Part shown: positions 38,655-49,975 of the stretch, piece by piece
How positions within the stretch are numbered: the first letter of the stretch is position 1
Layout: every line of letters starts with the position of its first letter
Assembly (NCBI RefSeq): GCF_035084215.1
Contig: NC_090325.1
Span: 190,154,001-190,218,000 of the forward strand
Length of the DNA stretch: 64,000 bases
Reading direction: 5' to 3'
DNA from: Heptranchias perlo
Lineage: Eukaryota
Program-made: the position numbers and the translations under genes
The notes under the pieces: generated by a model
Seen by the model: the letters and a program-made list of their open reading frames with translations, nothing else
Told to the model about the DNA's origin: nothing
Databases searched by the model: none

Positions 38655-38972
38655 TTTTCCTACAACCCTCTCAGAACTCTGCGTTCCTCCAATTCTGACC
38701 TCTTGTGAATCCCCGATTTTCTTCGCTCTACCATTGGCAGCTGTGCCTTCAGCTGTCCCGATCTTAAGCTCCAGAACTCCCTCGCACAACCTCTCCACCT
38801 CTCTACCTCTCTCTCGTCCTTTAAGACATACCTCTTTGACCAAGCTTTTGGTCATCTGTCCTAATATCTCCTTATGTGGCTCAGTTTCCAATTTTGTTTG
38901 ATAACTGTGAAACGCCTTGGGACATTTACAGTGTTAAAGGCGCTATATAAATGCAAGTTATTATTGTCGTTG
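38655..38972 (+). mobile_element. L2 3' end
   Basis: aaaggcgctatataaatgcaagttattattg tail. Confidence 0.85.
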
Positions 38973-39021
38973 AAATCTGCCCAGTAAAATATCTGTTCCA
39001 CACTGATAGGGCTTAAATTGG

Positions 39022-39352
39022 GTTGTGGTAGCTGAGTGGTTATGGTATTGGAATAGTAAACCAGAGGTCATGAGTTCAAATCTCATAATAGCAAGTTGTG
39101 GAATTGAATTCAATAAATCTGGTTATTTGTGGCCTAGCACCAGGAATGACAAAGGTGCCAGATTATTGTAAGCACCCAAATGGTTCACTAATGTTCTTCA
39201 GGGAAGGGAACTGCCTCCTGTATCTGGTCTGGCCCACATGTGACTCCAGTCCCACACTATGGGGTTGACTCTTAATCCCATCAAAGCAACTAGGGACGGG
39301 CAATAAATTCTGCCTCACCATTGTCGCCCACATCCCGAGAACAAAGAAAAAC
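39022..39352 (+). mobile_element. tRNA-derived SINE whose 3' tail matches the 56758-58193 LINE
   Basis: A-box tagctgagtggtt, B-box gagttcaaatc; tail gggcaataaat...cgcccacatcccgagaac vs LINE gggcaataaat...cgcccacatcccatgaac. Confidence 0.75.
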
Positions 39353-40439
39353 AATTAGACCAACTCTTTCATAGTCACAGAGCACAGGAACCCTAGATTT
39401 TGATCCAGCAAATTCAATCCTGAAGTTGTTTGATGACATAAGATTATCCAGCATTGAGTTTGATTAAAAACAGAAAATGCTGGAGAAGCTCAGCAAGTGA
39501 GGCAGCATCTGTGGAGAAAGAAACAGAGTTAACGTTTCAGGTCGAAGGCCTTTCGCCAGAACTGGAAGATGTTAAAGAGTTAAAGTTTTTAAGCAAGTAC
39601 AGAGCCAGTGAAAGAAGGGGGAGGGAGGGGGAGGGGGGGTGCAGGAAAGAACAAAAGGGAAGGTCTGTGATAGGGTAGAGGACAAAAATGATTAAATGAC
39701 AAAAGAGATGATGGTGCAAGGCAAGGAAGGTGGTAATGAGACAGGTTAAGAAACAAAAGATTGGTCAGGAGTAGCTGTAAATGGCAATAGCAGAACCAAT
39801 ACCAGCATCTGCTGTCCGAAAAAATGGGAGCAATGGTTATGATCTGAAGTTATTGAAATCAATGTTGAGTCCGGAAGGTTTTAAAGTGCCTAAACGAACT
39901 GGAAAATTTCATCAACTTTGCTCCCAATTTCCACCCTTCCCTCGCCTTCACATGGTCCATCTCCGACTCTTCCCTTCCCTTCCTCGACTTCTCTATCTCC
40001 ATTTCTGGGGATAGACAGTCAAACAATATCTATTATAAGTCCACCGACTTCCACAGCTGCCTTGGTTACACTTTCTCCCACCCCTCTTGCTGTAAGGATT
40101 CTATTCCATTCTCCCACTTTCTCCGTCTGTTCTGATGATGGCACTTTCCACACCGTTGTTACCGATAGGTCTTCCTTTTTCCTCAACCAAGGATTCCCCT
40201 CCACTGCAGTATACAGGGCCCTTGATCGTATCGGTCCTATTGCCCGCACTTCTGCCCTCACTCCTTCCCTTCCCTCCCAGAACCATAATAGGGTCCCCCT
40301 TGTGTCCCCACCAGCCTCTACATTCAATGTATCATCCTCCACCATTTCCGCCACCACCAGCAAAAACATCTTCCCCTCCCCTCCCCTTTCAACATTTCAT
40401 CACCTCCAACAACCGCTCTCCTCCCCATGGCACCTTCCC

Positions 40440-40848
40440 TCGGGAGCACAGGGGATGCAACACCTGCCCCTTCACCTCCTCCCTTCCCACCGTCCAGAGC
40501 CCCAAACACTCCTTCCAGGTGAAACAGCGGTTTACTTGTACTTCTTTCAATTCAGTATACTGTATCCGCTGCTCACAATACGGTGTCTTCTACATTGGGG
40601 AGACCAGACACAGATTGGATGATTGCTTTGCTGAACACCTCCGCTCTGTCCTCAAGCGTGACCCTGACCTGCCGATCGCTTGCCATTTTAATTCCCCGTC
40701 CCACTCCCACTCTGACCTCTCTGTCCTCGGCCTCCTACACAGTTCCAATGAAGCTCAATGTAAGCCCGAGGAACAGCACCTCATCTTTCGTTTCGGCACT
40801 TTACAACCTTCCGGACTCAACATTGATTTCAATATCTACAGATCATAA
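40440..40848 (+). pseudogene. GIY-YIG endonuclease domain of the PLE
   Basis: CNTCP...FTCTSFNSVYCIRCSQYGVFYIGETRHRLDDCFAEHLRSV...PIACHFN; upstream RT remnant is frameshifted. Confidence 0.88.
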
Positions 40849-41102
40849 TCACTGCTCCCATTTTTTTGGACAATAGGTGCTGCTAATGTTGCCATTTACA
40901 GCTCCACCTGACCAATCTTTTGTTTCTTAACCTGTCCTATTACCACCTTCCTTGCCTTGCACCATCATCCCTTTTAACATTTAATCATTTTTGCCCTCTA
41001 CCCTATCACAGATCTTTCCTTTTATTCTTTCCTTCCCTCCCTCCCCCGGCCTTTCCCTGGCTCTGTACCTGCTTAAAAACTTTTAACTCTTTAACATCTT
41101 CC

Positions 41103-41139
41103 AGTTCTGACGAAAGGTCTTCGACCTGAAACGTTAACT
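41103..41139 (+). ncRNA. Minimal type I hammerhead ribozyme motif in the PLE 3' repeat
   Basis: AGUU-CUGACGA-A-AGGUC-UUC-GACCU-GAAA-CG-UU-AACU; intact core and palindromic ACGU. The inverted copy at 39527-39563 has CUGGCGA (core mutation). Confidence 0.75.
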
Positions 41140-42439
41140 CTGTTTCTTTCTCCACAGATGCTGCCTGACTTGCTGAGCTTCTCCAGCGTTTTCTGTTTTT
41201 ATTTCAGATTTCCAGCATTGCAGTATTTTGCTTTTGATTGAGTTTGATTACATTTGTGCTCATTTGTGGGAACTGGTCTCTACTGAGATTTACTTTATTT
41301 TTGTTTCATAAATTCAACATCAAGGAATGCTGGAGCTAGAGTTTGCACTTAGCTCTGCTGGTTCCACAAGTTTAGGAAGAAGCAGTGGAATTGGAAAGTT
41401 GGGCAAACAGGCCTTAGGCAGGTTTTGCTTTCAATTGCTTCTGCCAACGAATTTTAGACTGTCCGGATCTTGTATGCTGGACTGCTTGTGCACATAGTCT
41501 TATTAAGTCCCAGAATGCAAAAATTTAGCAATGAGTACCTGAGAAAATGTCCTCGCTTTTGTGCTGGGATTGCACTTTTCCCCTACCAAGTCCATGGGTG
41601 CGAGGGAAGCCCCATGGGAGTAATCTTGACTTTGGGTGATAGTATAAAAGAGGCGACATCGGATTAGCCGCCTGTTATGCATTTCTTCCGATTTTAATTT
41701 CCGTTGACCTGCCAATGACATTGAAGATCGCCATACTTCTTGACTTTTCCTCCTCTGGTTCTTTCTAGGCCTGTACTGCTGTGCCAGCTAATGTGTTGGC
41801 TATAGGTGGATAACGGGGTTAAGTCAGCATGGCCAACACTTCCATCTCTTTTCCCGCTGAAGAGTAACAGGACCATACGGCTGCATTCGAGAAAGTACAG
41901 GGGGTCATTGCTCCACGTGGCCATCTGGGTGACAGGTTCCTGCTCCTCCACGCACCAACACTTGCTCCTCCTTCCTTGCACAATGTGACTGACCTGATGA
42001 TACTTCCTCAAACCCATCAACTGCACCTTCCTAGGTGTCAGCCTTGGTTCAGTGGTAGAACTCTCACCTCTGAGTCGGAAGTTCATGGGTTAAAGCCCCA
42101 CCCCAGATATTTGAGCACATAATCTAGGCTGACACCACTGAGCCACAGCTGATACCTACATAGAATTCAGAGCCTAAGCTGCCTTGGCGGACAGCTGAGG
42201 TCTGTCGTTGGTGCTATGGCCTTTTGATTCCTTAATAAATATTTTCAGCCTATGAAGATAGAGAGAATTAAATATAGCAGTGCTGGAAAGTGAAGGGTAC
42301 AGTTACACTGCACAGCAAGTTAAAGCTTTCCTTTGGAGAAGAATATATATCAGCTATCCTTCATTGAATAATGAAGAGTCTAGTTGCATCTCAAAGTGTA
42401 GACATCATTTAATAATACTAGTGCTTTATCATGTCAGAG

Positions 42440-42720
42440 CAATGCACAGAATGTGCTACTGCTAAAGTGCAGTCACTCTTGTTAAGCACAGCAGCCAATC
42501 TGTACCAGCAACATCCCACAAACTACAATAAGGCGATTGACCAGTTAATGTGTTTTAAGTGTTGTCGGTTGGAATATTAGTCAGGATACCAGGAGAGCTC
42601 CCTGCTCTTCTTTGTATTGAGGCTTGGGACTCCCGCCGCCCACCTCAAGCATCGCTACATGCCGACGGGGCCTCGGGATAACTTCTCACCCAAAAGACAG
42701 TAGAGTACCTCCAACAATGC
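42440..42720 (-). mobile_element. Degraded DeuSINE (a head fragment also lies at 42033-42140, +)
   Basis: gcagccaatctg..atcccacaaac; ccaggagagctccctgctcttc. Confidence 0.6.
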
Positions 42721-42737
42721 AGCGCTCCCTCGGTGTT

Positions 42738-42955
42738 GCACAAAGAGCAGTGGAAATCTGGAACTCTCTCCCCCAAAAAGCTGTTGAGGCTTGGGGTCAA
42801 TTGAAAATTTAAAAACTGAGATTGATAGATTTTTGTTAGGCAAGAGTATTACGGGTTACGGAACTAAGGTGGGTAGATGGAGTTAAGATACAGATCAACT
42901 AATTGAATGGCGGAACAGGCTCGCGGGCTGAATGGCCTACTCCTGTTCCGATGTG
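42738..42955 (+). mobile_element. CR1 3' tail
   Basis: gtggaaatctggaactctctcccccaaaaagctg...gggctgaatggcctactcctgttcc. Confidence 0.85.
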
Positions 42956-43777
42956 TTGCTGTGGACTGTGTGCTGAATCCCTGGTACACATGCCCTTCTG
43001 AAGTAGAGACAAGAGTGCTATCAACCTGTAATTTTCCATTATAGAACATCTGTAAAATGTATTTGCCATCTACCTTTAATGCTGAGTGTTATAAAATTGC
43101 AACTGGAAAACCAGCCCAACAGCAGTTTATTTATAATAAGCTACTCCCTCCCCCAACATCGGAATAGGGTCATATTTTTGATTTAGTCGCAAAAATGCCA
43201 TTGCACCCTGCAAAGGGTTAATAACAGTTGAATCGTTCAGTTAATCCTCTGGACTCCATATCATTAGTTATTTTTTAAATGCTTAGGAACATTTTTTTGC
43301 CATGTTCCTCTGACACCATTCTGCACCAAATTATGTGGCACTTCTGAGGGAATGTTGAAGTAGGATGTGAGTACGGGCAGGTAAAAGAGTATCTTTTATA
43401 GGAGAGTGCTCTGTTCTGTTGGTAGAAAAAGGGAAAAAGGGCGTGCATTATCTTTTCGGGACGCGTGTTAAAACTGGGGTCACAAGTACTCCCGCAGCTG
43501 AATACTGACGAATCTTAAGTAGTGGATGGGGGAAAGAACAAATCCAAAATATTAGCGAATGTTCCAGAGAGGATTTCTCTTCTGCAGGGAACTCCGGTTA
43601 AAAAGTGAAACTGGACACAAGTCTTCAAGAGTTCCAGACATCCCAGCGATCGACCCTTCGATCAATTGCTCCTTCAGCATTCCCGGGTGCGGCTTCGAAG
43701 GACCTGAGTTGAAAGGGGCTACGCTGTAGTTAGTTATTTGAGGAGCGAACTGGAATACGTTGCTGGACTTTTGTTCA

Positions 43778-43985
43778 AATGTAAGGAATCTTACAACACC
43801 AGGTTATAGTCCAACAGTTTTATTTGAAAATCACAAGCTTTCGGAGCTTACCTCCTTCGTCACCTGACAAAGGAGGTAAGCTCCGAAAGCTTGTGATTTT
43901 CAAATAAAACTGTTGGACTATAACCTGGTGTTGTAAGATTCCTTACATTTGTCCACCCCAGTCCATCACCAGCATCTCCACATCA
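43778..43985. mobile_element. Palindromic non-coding Penelope-like insertion with hammerhead motif (copy 2)
   Basis: ~85-bp inverted arms around 43863, 36-nt tail 43950-43985, 13-bp TSD ggacttttgttca (43765-43777 / 43986-43998). The motif at 43861-43895 reads CUGACAA (core mutation). Confidence 0.85.
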
Positions 43986-44127
43986 GGACTTTTGTTCATT
44001 TAGGGACAAAATCCCTTTTCGCATCAACAAATTTGTGATACAAAAACTCTGCATTAATGGACTTCATTTTGCCCATTTTATATAACAGAGCTAAATAGCA
44101 TGTATTGGAGGATTGGAACGAGGTGTT

Positions 44128-44179
44128 GATTGTTTTATATAATTATATATATATATATATATAATTATATAAAACAATC
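44128..44179. repeat. Perfect 52-bp AT-rich palindrome
   Basis: gattgttttatataatta(ta)n..taattatataaaacaatc; self-complementary with no spacer. Confidence 0.9.
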
Positions 44180-45294
44180 GATATGTATCAGTGACACACA
44201 ACGTACTGGTAATTGGTTAACACATTGAAAGTTACTCTTAATACAATAAATGGGCCTAAAACTGAATAAACCCACCCGTCCAATTAACAGTATATATTTG
44301 CAACATGTAGCAGATAAAAGGTGCTATCATATCTCAGGGTTCAGATGCTGGGTTGTGAACCTCTTGAGTTTTGCACTCATTGCCCCAAACATCGTTTGAA
44401 CTCTATGATTACCGCACGGTCACCACTGTCAAGTATCCATAATCTCCGTTTATTTTTCTCTAAATCATGTCATCTTATATAGAATTGGACTAAAGAAATG
44501 ATTACAGGATTATGTACAAGGAGCCACCCTATTAAACATAAGCTTGCAATTTGATTTCCTGAGCTGTATAGCAATTCAAGCATTGGAGCATTTGACTCCC
44601 AGCCAGCAGTCATGAGTTCAGGTCCCAGAGCTGCTTCTCGCTCTAATGCTCTTATCTCAGTTGGGTAACTTTTGTCAGCTCCCAGGTTGTAAGATGGACT
44701 ACGATGTCACACTGAGGCAAGTAATTCATCGGGGTGGGAGCAGGTGAGGAAGGGAGGAGTCTCTGACATGCCCCTCCAACACCCTGCTTGAATCTGTTGG
44801 CCAAATCAAGGAATAGTCACTGATGGGTAGACTCCCATGACATTTGACAATGGTGCTGTCCCAGGTGGGCAGAGGTGTGTCATGGCAAACAGCACCATTG
44901 CAGGGGAAACTGAAGCAAACCAATTCTTTGTTAAAATGGGATCTATTTCCCTATGTTATGAAAGAGTTAATGTGAATTTCAACTGGGGAACCCACTTTGT
45001 GCTCACACTGACGATCTAGGGAAATTGTCCCCTAATCACCCCTTTAACCCATCACAGTAAAACTCCCAGCTTGTCGTTGAAGGTTTAACAATTCTATAAC
45101 TGCTAGTGACATCCCAACACTATCAATACCAACAGACACAAAGATAGAAGCTGAATTCATTCAAAGTCATTTTAGGAAGGTGTCAGTGGGTGGAATGAAA
45201 GTGATTCAGCAGACCGTAGATAGAGATATGAGTGTACGTTCATGTGCGTGAGAGAGAAATGCTCTTGTCTTTGAGAAGTATACTGATTTGTTTT

Positions 45295-45668
45295 CCCCCA
45301 TTTCCTCCCAGTTGTCTCCATTTGTGCTGGGCACAGTTCCACGGGTCCCAGTAGCCCTCGAGTATCTCTTCCAAGTGGGCACTCTTTACGTGTGAGTATA
45401 GACAGTGTGGCAGAGGTCACGCCAGCCGTGCCCAATCCTGCCCTCAGTCGATATCCAAAAAAGGGCACAGTCATTGGGTAGCTCGTAGGAGTGGAAATCC
45501 TACCTGAGATTCTGATCCCTTCACTAGCCCAGAGGTGCTCAGGCCAATTTGAATGTCCCAACTGATGCGAGCTAAAAAGCACAGATGAGCTGTCCAGCTT
45601 GGGATCTTCCTTATCCACATGGCTCAGTGACACATCATTCAGTGCATTTACTCAGTGAGTCATCAGGG
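45295..45668 (-). mobile_element. Ancient SINE (11740 family)
   Basis: cagttccacggg, cctgccctcagtcga and cagtgcatttactcagtgag correspond to the reverse of the family motifs. Confidence 0.6.
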
Positions 45669-45924
45669 AAGGCAATGGCTACATTTATTCCAATACACTC
45701 TAATTAAAACTAGTGACAATGGACTCCTTTCATAGTTAGTGTGTATCTAAACAGCCAATGAACAATCTATGGGATACTAATAGGGATATGCGGTTAATTC
45801 CAACCACACTGATGTGAAGCTGGTTACGGTGACATTTAAAGTCATGACTTGGCTTCACAATAGAAGGGCAGACAAGTAGCATGACCATGGTGACCACCAC
45901 AGCGGGACGCCAAAGATCAGAACA

Positions 45925-46365
45925 ATAGAAAGAAAGAACTTGCGATAATATAGCTTCTTTCACAACCTCAGGTGCTTTACAGCCAATGAAGTACTTTTGA
46001 AGTGTAGTCACTGTTGTGATGTAGGCAACATGGCAGCCAATTTGCACACAAGGTCCCACAAACAGCAATGTGATGATGACTGGATAGTCTGTTTTAAGTG
46101 TTGGTCGAGGGATAAATATTGGCCAGGACACGGGAGAGAATTCCCCTGCTCTTCTTCAAATAGTGCCATGGGATCTTTTACGTCTACCTGAGAGGGCAGA
46201 CGGGGTCTCAGCTTTACATCTCATCCTAAAGATGGCACCTCCAACAGTGCAGTGTTCCCTCAATACTGCACTGGCATGTCAGTCTAGATTTTTGTGCTTA
46301 GGTCTCTGGAGTGGGACTTGAACTCATGACCTTCTGACTCTGAGGCAAGAGTGCCATGGCTGACA
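45925..46365 (-). mobile_element. DeuSINE, near full length
   Basis: Tail aaagaacttgc, Deu core, and reverse tRNA head gggacttgaactcatgaccttctgactc. Confidence 0.85.
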
Positions 46366-46769
46366 TTGCCAGTGAAATCAGTAACAGAATTGAGAGTCTG
46401 TTGTGATCACCACAACAGATGTCAAGGAGGGTTTGAGAAGTGTTAGGTTATTTAAAGAAACAGGGATCTAAAAATAGTAAATTTCAATCATTTCTATATT
46501 TTGAAAGTACTTCCCCTCTCACAAGATGATTATCATTCTCCTTGAAGGCGGTAATTCAGAAGGAGCAAGGTGAGCATGTTTCATTAATACCCAAAAATTG
46601 ATTTTGAAATAAAGAATCATTTTTGCAAATTATACCCTCAGGAAGTCAGTTATAATTTAATTTTCTTGTTCAATATGATGGTGATATCATATCAACTCCC
46701 TTAAATTGCTTCAATGTGACACCAAGTAAAGGGCATTCTCAAGCCAGTGGCGTCTTTGGCAGTTTTCAA

Positions 46770-46917
46770 CAGACAAACACTGGGAAGTTCCTTGGCCACT
46801 CTTCTGATCAGCTGGTGGAAGATCAACAGAAACTCCGAGGTAGAACGTGTAATCGGTGTTTCCGTTGATCATCTGCTGAAGTTACAGTGGCCGATCAGGA
46901 GAATCAGGAAATTCCTA
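46770..46917. mobile_element. Palindromic MITE (~145 bp)
   Basis: ggccact / agtggcc and gatcaacagaaac / gtttccgttgatc inverted segments. Confidence 0.55.
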
Positions 46918-47133
46918 GTGAATATTTTTGAAGATCTCTTTTTAATAACAACCTGCTTTGTTTTTCCCTTGCTGTTGAGGTCCCATGACACCAATCGACA
47001 ATCTCCAATAGGGCAGGTGACCTCCTTCCAAGCTTTTGGCAGTTTAGGTCTTGAATGTGCCACTAGGAATCGTGCAAGAGCGGCCCAGGTCACTTTCTCT
47101 CCAATTTTCCCTTTCACTCCATGAAGAAGAGCA

Positions 47134-47750
47134 GATAATCAGTTTTAGTGATGTTGGTTGAAGGATAAATATTGGCCAGGACACTGGGGCGAACTCCCTG
47201 CTCTTCTTCAAAATAGTACCATGGGATCTTTTATGTCCACAGAAGGGGGCATACGGGACCTTGGTTTGACGTCTCATCTGAAAGACGGCACTTCCAACAG
47301 TGCAGCACTCCCTCAGTACTGCACTGTTGCTTATTGGCTCTTCCAATGGCGCAGAGCTTCCAGAGCTTATACTGAAGATGTACTGAGGGAGTGCTGCACT
47401 GTTGGAAGTGCCGTCTTTCAGATGAGACGTCAAACCAAGGTCCCGTATGCTCCCTTCTGTGGACATAAAAGATCCCATGGTACTATTTTGAAGAAGAGCA
47501 GGGAGTTCGCCCCAGTGTCCTGGCCAATATTTATCCTTCAACCAACATCACTAAAACTGATTATCCGGTCATTTATTTTATTGCTGTTTGAGGAAGCTTG
47601 CTGTGCGCGGGAGCTTGCTGTGCGCAAATTGGCTGCCATGTTTCCTACATCACAACAGTGACTACACTTCAAAAGTATTCCATTAGCTGTAAAGTGCTTT
47701 GGGATGTCCTGAGATCGTGAAAATCGCTATGTAAATTCAAGTCTTCTTTT
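47134..47750. repeat. DeuSINE (+, 47380-47750) with a near-identical 186-bp inverted copy (47134-47319)
   Basis: Arms differ at one position by eye; 60-bp spacer. ORFs 47044-47541 and 47158-47661 share near-identical peptides on opposite strands. Confidence 0.92.
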
Positions 47751-48194
47751 TACCGTGCAAATGAATCTCAATTTCCGCCATCTTCTTAATATATTTTTTG
47801 GTGAATTGATTCTCTGCCTTCTGTCTCTGTCCTGTTGTGATTGGCAGAGTTCTGACACCTCTCTTCTGCCAATTTCAATAACATGCTCTCTTTGATTGGT
47901 TAGAGGGTTGATAATCTAATTGGAGGGATGGAGGGGAAAGGGACCTGATGATCAACCAATGATTCTTCATCTCAGATGTACTAGCATTAATGGAAATAAG
48001 GATGATCACAAACAGCTCATTATTCTGTTTGGTGCAAAATACACCAGTAAATTGATGAGTTAATCGTAAGTGATATTCATTGGTATTGGATGATTGCAGA
48101 ATTGTTAAAATTAGACAGCTTCTATGTGTGAGATTATCAGGTGGAATCCATACATTTGAGATAGCGCCCTGCACTAGAAACGTAAACATGGGTG

Positions 48195-48740
48195 GAACAT
48201 GGGAACAGGAGTAGCCATTCAACCCCTCGAGCCTGTTCCGCCATTCAATTAGATCATGGCTTATCTGCATCTTCACTCCATTTACCCTCCTTGGTTCCAT
48301 ATCCCTTAATACCCTTACCTAACAAAAATCTATGGATCTATGGAGAAATTTTCAATTGACCCCCAGCCTCAACAGCTTTTTGGGGGAGAGAGTTCCAGAT
48401 TTCCACTACCCTTTGTGTGAAGAAGTACTTACTGATATCACCCCTGAACGGTCTAGCTCTAATTTTAAGATTATGCCCCCTTGTTCTGAATGCTCCCACC
48501 AGAGGAAATAGATTTTCTCTATCTACACTATCAACTCCATTAATCATCTTAAACACCACAATTAGATTACCCCTTAATCGTCTATACTTGAGATAATACG
48601 AGCCTGGTCTATGCAACCTGTCATCATAATTTAACCCTCTAAGCCTCTGCATCATTCTGGTGAATCTGCGCTGCACCCCCTCCAAGGGCAATATATCATT
48701 CCTGAGGTGTGGTGCCCAGAACTGAATGCAATACTCCAGA
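48195..48740 (-). mobile_element. CR1-like LINE 3' fragment
   Basis: ORF 48338-48850 LEYCIQFWAPHL...FFTQRVVEIWNSLP. Confidence 0.92.
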
Positions 48741-49254
48741 AGGGCAAGCTTTGTTTCTCGGGAACAACAAAGTGGCATTAGCATATTCTCTGATTTGACT
48801 TTTTCTATTATGCCTATTTTTCCCTTTATCTTCATGTTTTTGCAGCCCAACTAACTGGGAATTGCCAGTGTTTTCACTCGCAGGAGAAGTGAGAGGAAGC
48901 AAGGAGGTGGGTTCACCCTAGCATCCACAGCAATAGAGAGAGCGCTTTTAACAATGGATCCCATAATACTAATAGGTGGCTTTCATCAAAGATTTGAATG
49001 ATGGGATAGCACACCTCCACTGCATATTCTTGTTTTCTATTGCTCTCCAATGAGGTCTATTGGGGTCACGTTGGGAATTACTGACACTATCCATACATGC
49101 ATGGCATTGTGAACCTGAGGCAAGACAGTGAAAGATTATCATCTTGTACGTGAGTCTCCAACTGATTGTGGGACTGTTGGGAGGCCTTTGATTGTTCAGG
49201 TGTGAGGGTTGGTTGGAAGGTTTGCATGGATTGGAAAACTGCTTGTATCTTGCT

Positions 49255-49975
49255 CTCCTTATACTTCAGTGGATAAATACACTGTGTTATGTGAGCCTCA
49301 ATAGGTAGGTCCCGAGACTGATTCCTAATCCGAACTGAGGTGGTTGATCTCTTGGGCTGTCCGCGGGAGTATTCTTGGGCCGTCCGTGAGAGTATTCTTG
49401 GGCCGTCCGCGGGAGTATTCTTGGGCCGTCCGCGGGAGTATTCTTGGGCCGTCCGTGAGAGTATTCTTGGGCTGTCCGCGGGAGTATTCTTGGGCCGTCC
49501 GAGGGAGTATTCTTGGGCCGTCCGTGAGAGTATTCTTGGGCCGTCCGTGAGAGTATTCTTGGGCCGTCCGAGGGAGTATTCTTGGGCCGTCCGTGAGAGT
49601 ATTCTTGGGCCGTCCGAGGGAGTATTCTTGGGCCGTCCGTGGGAGTATTCTTGGGCCGTCTGTGAGAGTATTCTTGGGCCATCCACGGGAGTATTCTTGG
49701 GCCGTCCGCGGGAGTATTCTTGGGCCGGCCATGAGCGTAACCTTGGGCTGTCCATGGGAGTAGTCTTGGGACAGCCATAGGAGTATTGTTGGGCTAGTAA
49801 AGAGTAATAAACCAGTTAGGCCTCCACTCTTGTTCATTCCTGCATTCTGGAAAACATACATCTGTAGACATTGGGTGAAGATAGGATTGGGTTTGGCTGT
49901 GCTACTATCACTGGTCAACTAGGCTGCCAATAGTCACTGACTAAACTCACACATGAAAAATAGTCATTTGAGCAA
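49255..49975 (+). mobile_element. Ancient SINE (11740 family) hosting the minisatellite
   Basis: Head ttcagtggataaatacactg...gagcc; downstream gggtgaagataggatt...cacacatgaaaaatagtcatttg. Confidence 0.55.
49350..49795. repeat. 23-bp minisatellite, ~19 copies
   Basis: Unit TCTTGGGCCGTCCG(C/T/A)G(G/A)GAGTAT; homogeneous core with degenerate right-hand copies. Confidence 0.97.

Larger units (their letters stand above)
39467..41236 (+). mobile_element. Penelope-like retroelement, 5'-truncated, with inverted 5' arm
   Basis: ORF 40135-40848 contains GIY-YIG endonuclease motifs (VYCIRC...FYIGETRHRL..CFAEH...HFN...GLNID) and an upstream CxxC. 39467-~39895 is the reverse complement of ~40787-41199. 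14-bp TSD attgagtttgatta (39453-39466 / 41237-41250). Confidence 0.93.

Noticed and set aside
47044-47661. Two similar 165-aa ORFs on opposite strands
   Set aside because: Translation of an inverted SINE duplication; no protein homology recognised.
49087-49918. Long ORFs on both strands and a CRISPR-like periodic array
   Set aside because: Pure 23-bp tandem repeat with no unique spacers and no cas genes, in a eukaryotic context. The ORFs are by-products of a largely stop-free unit.
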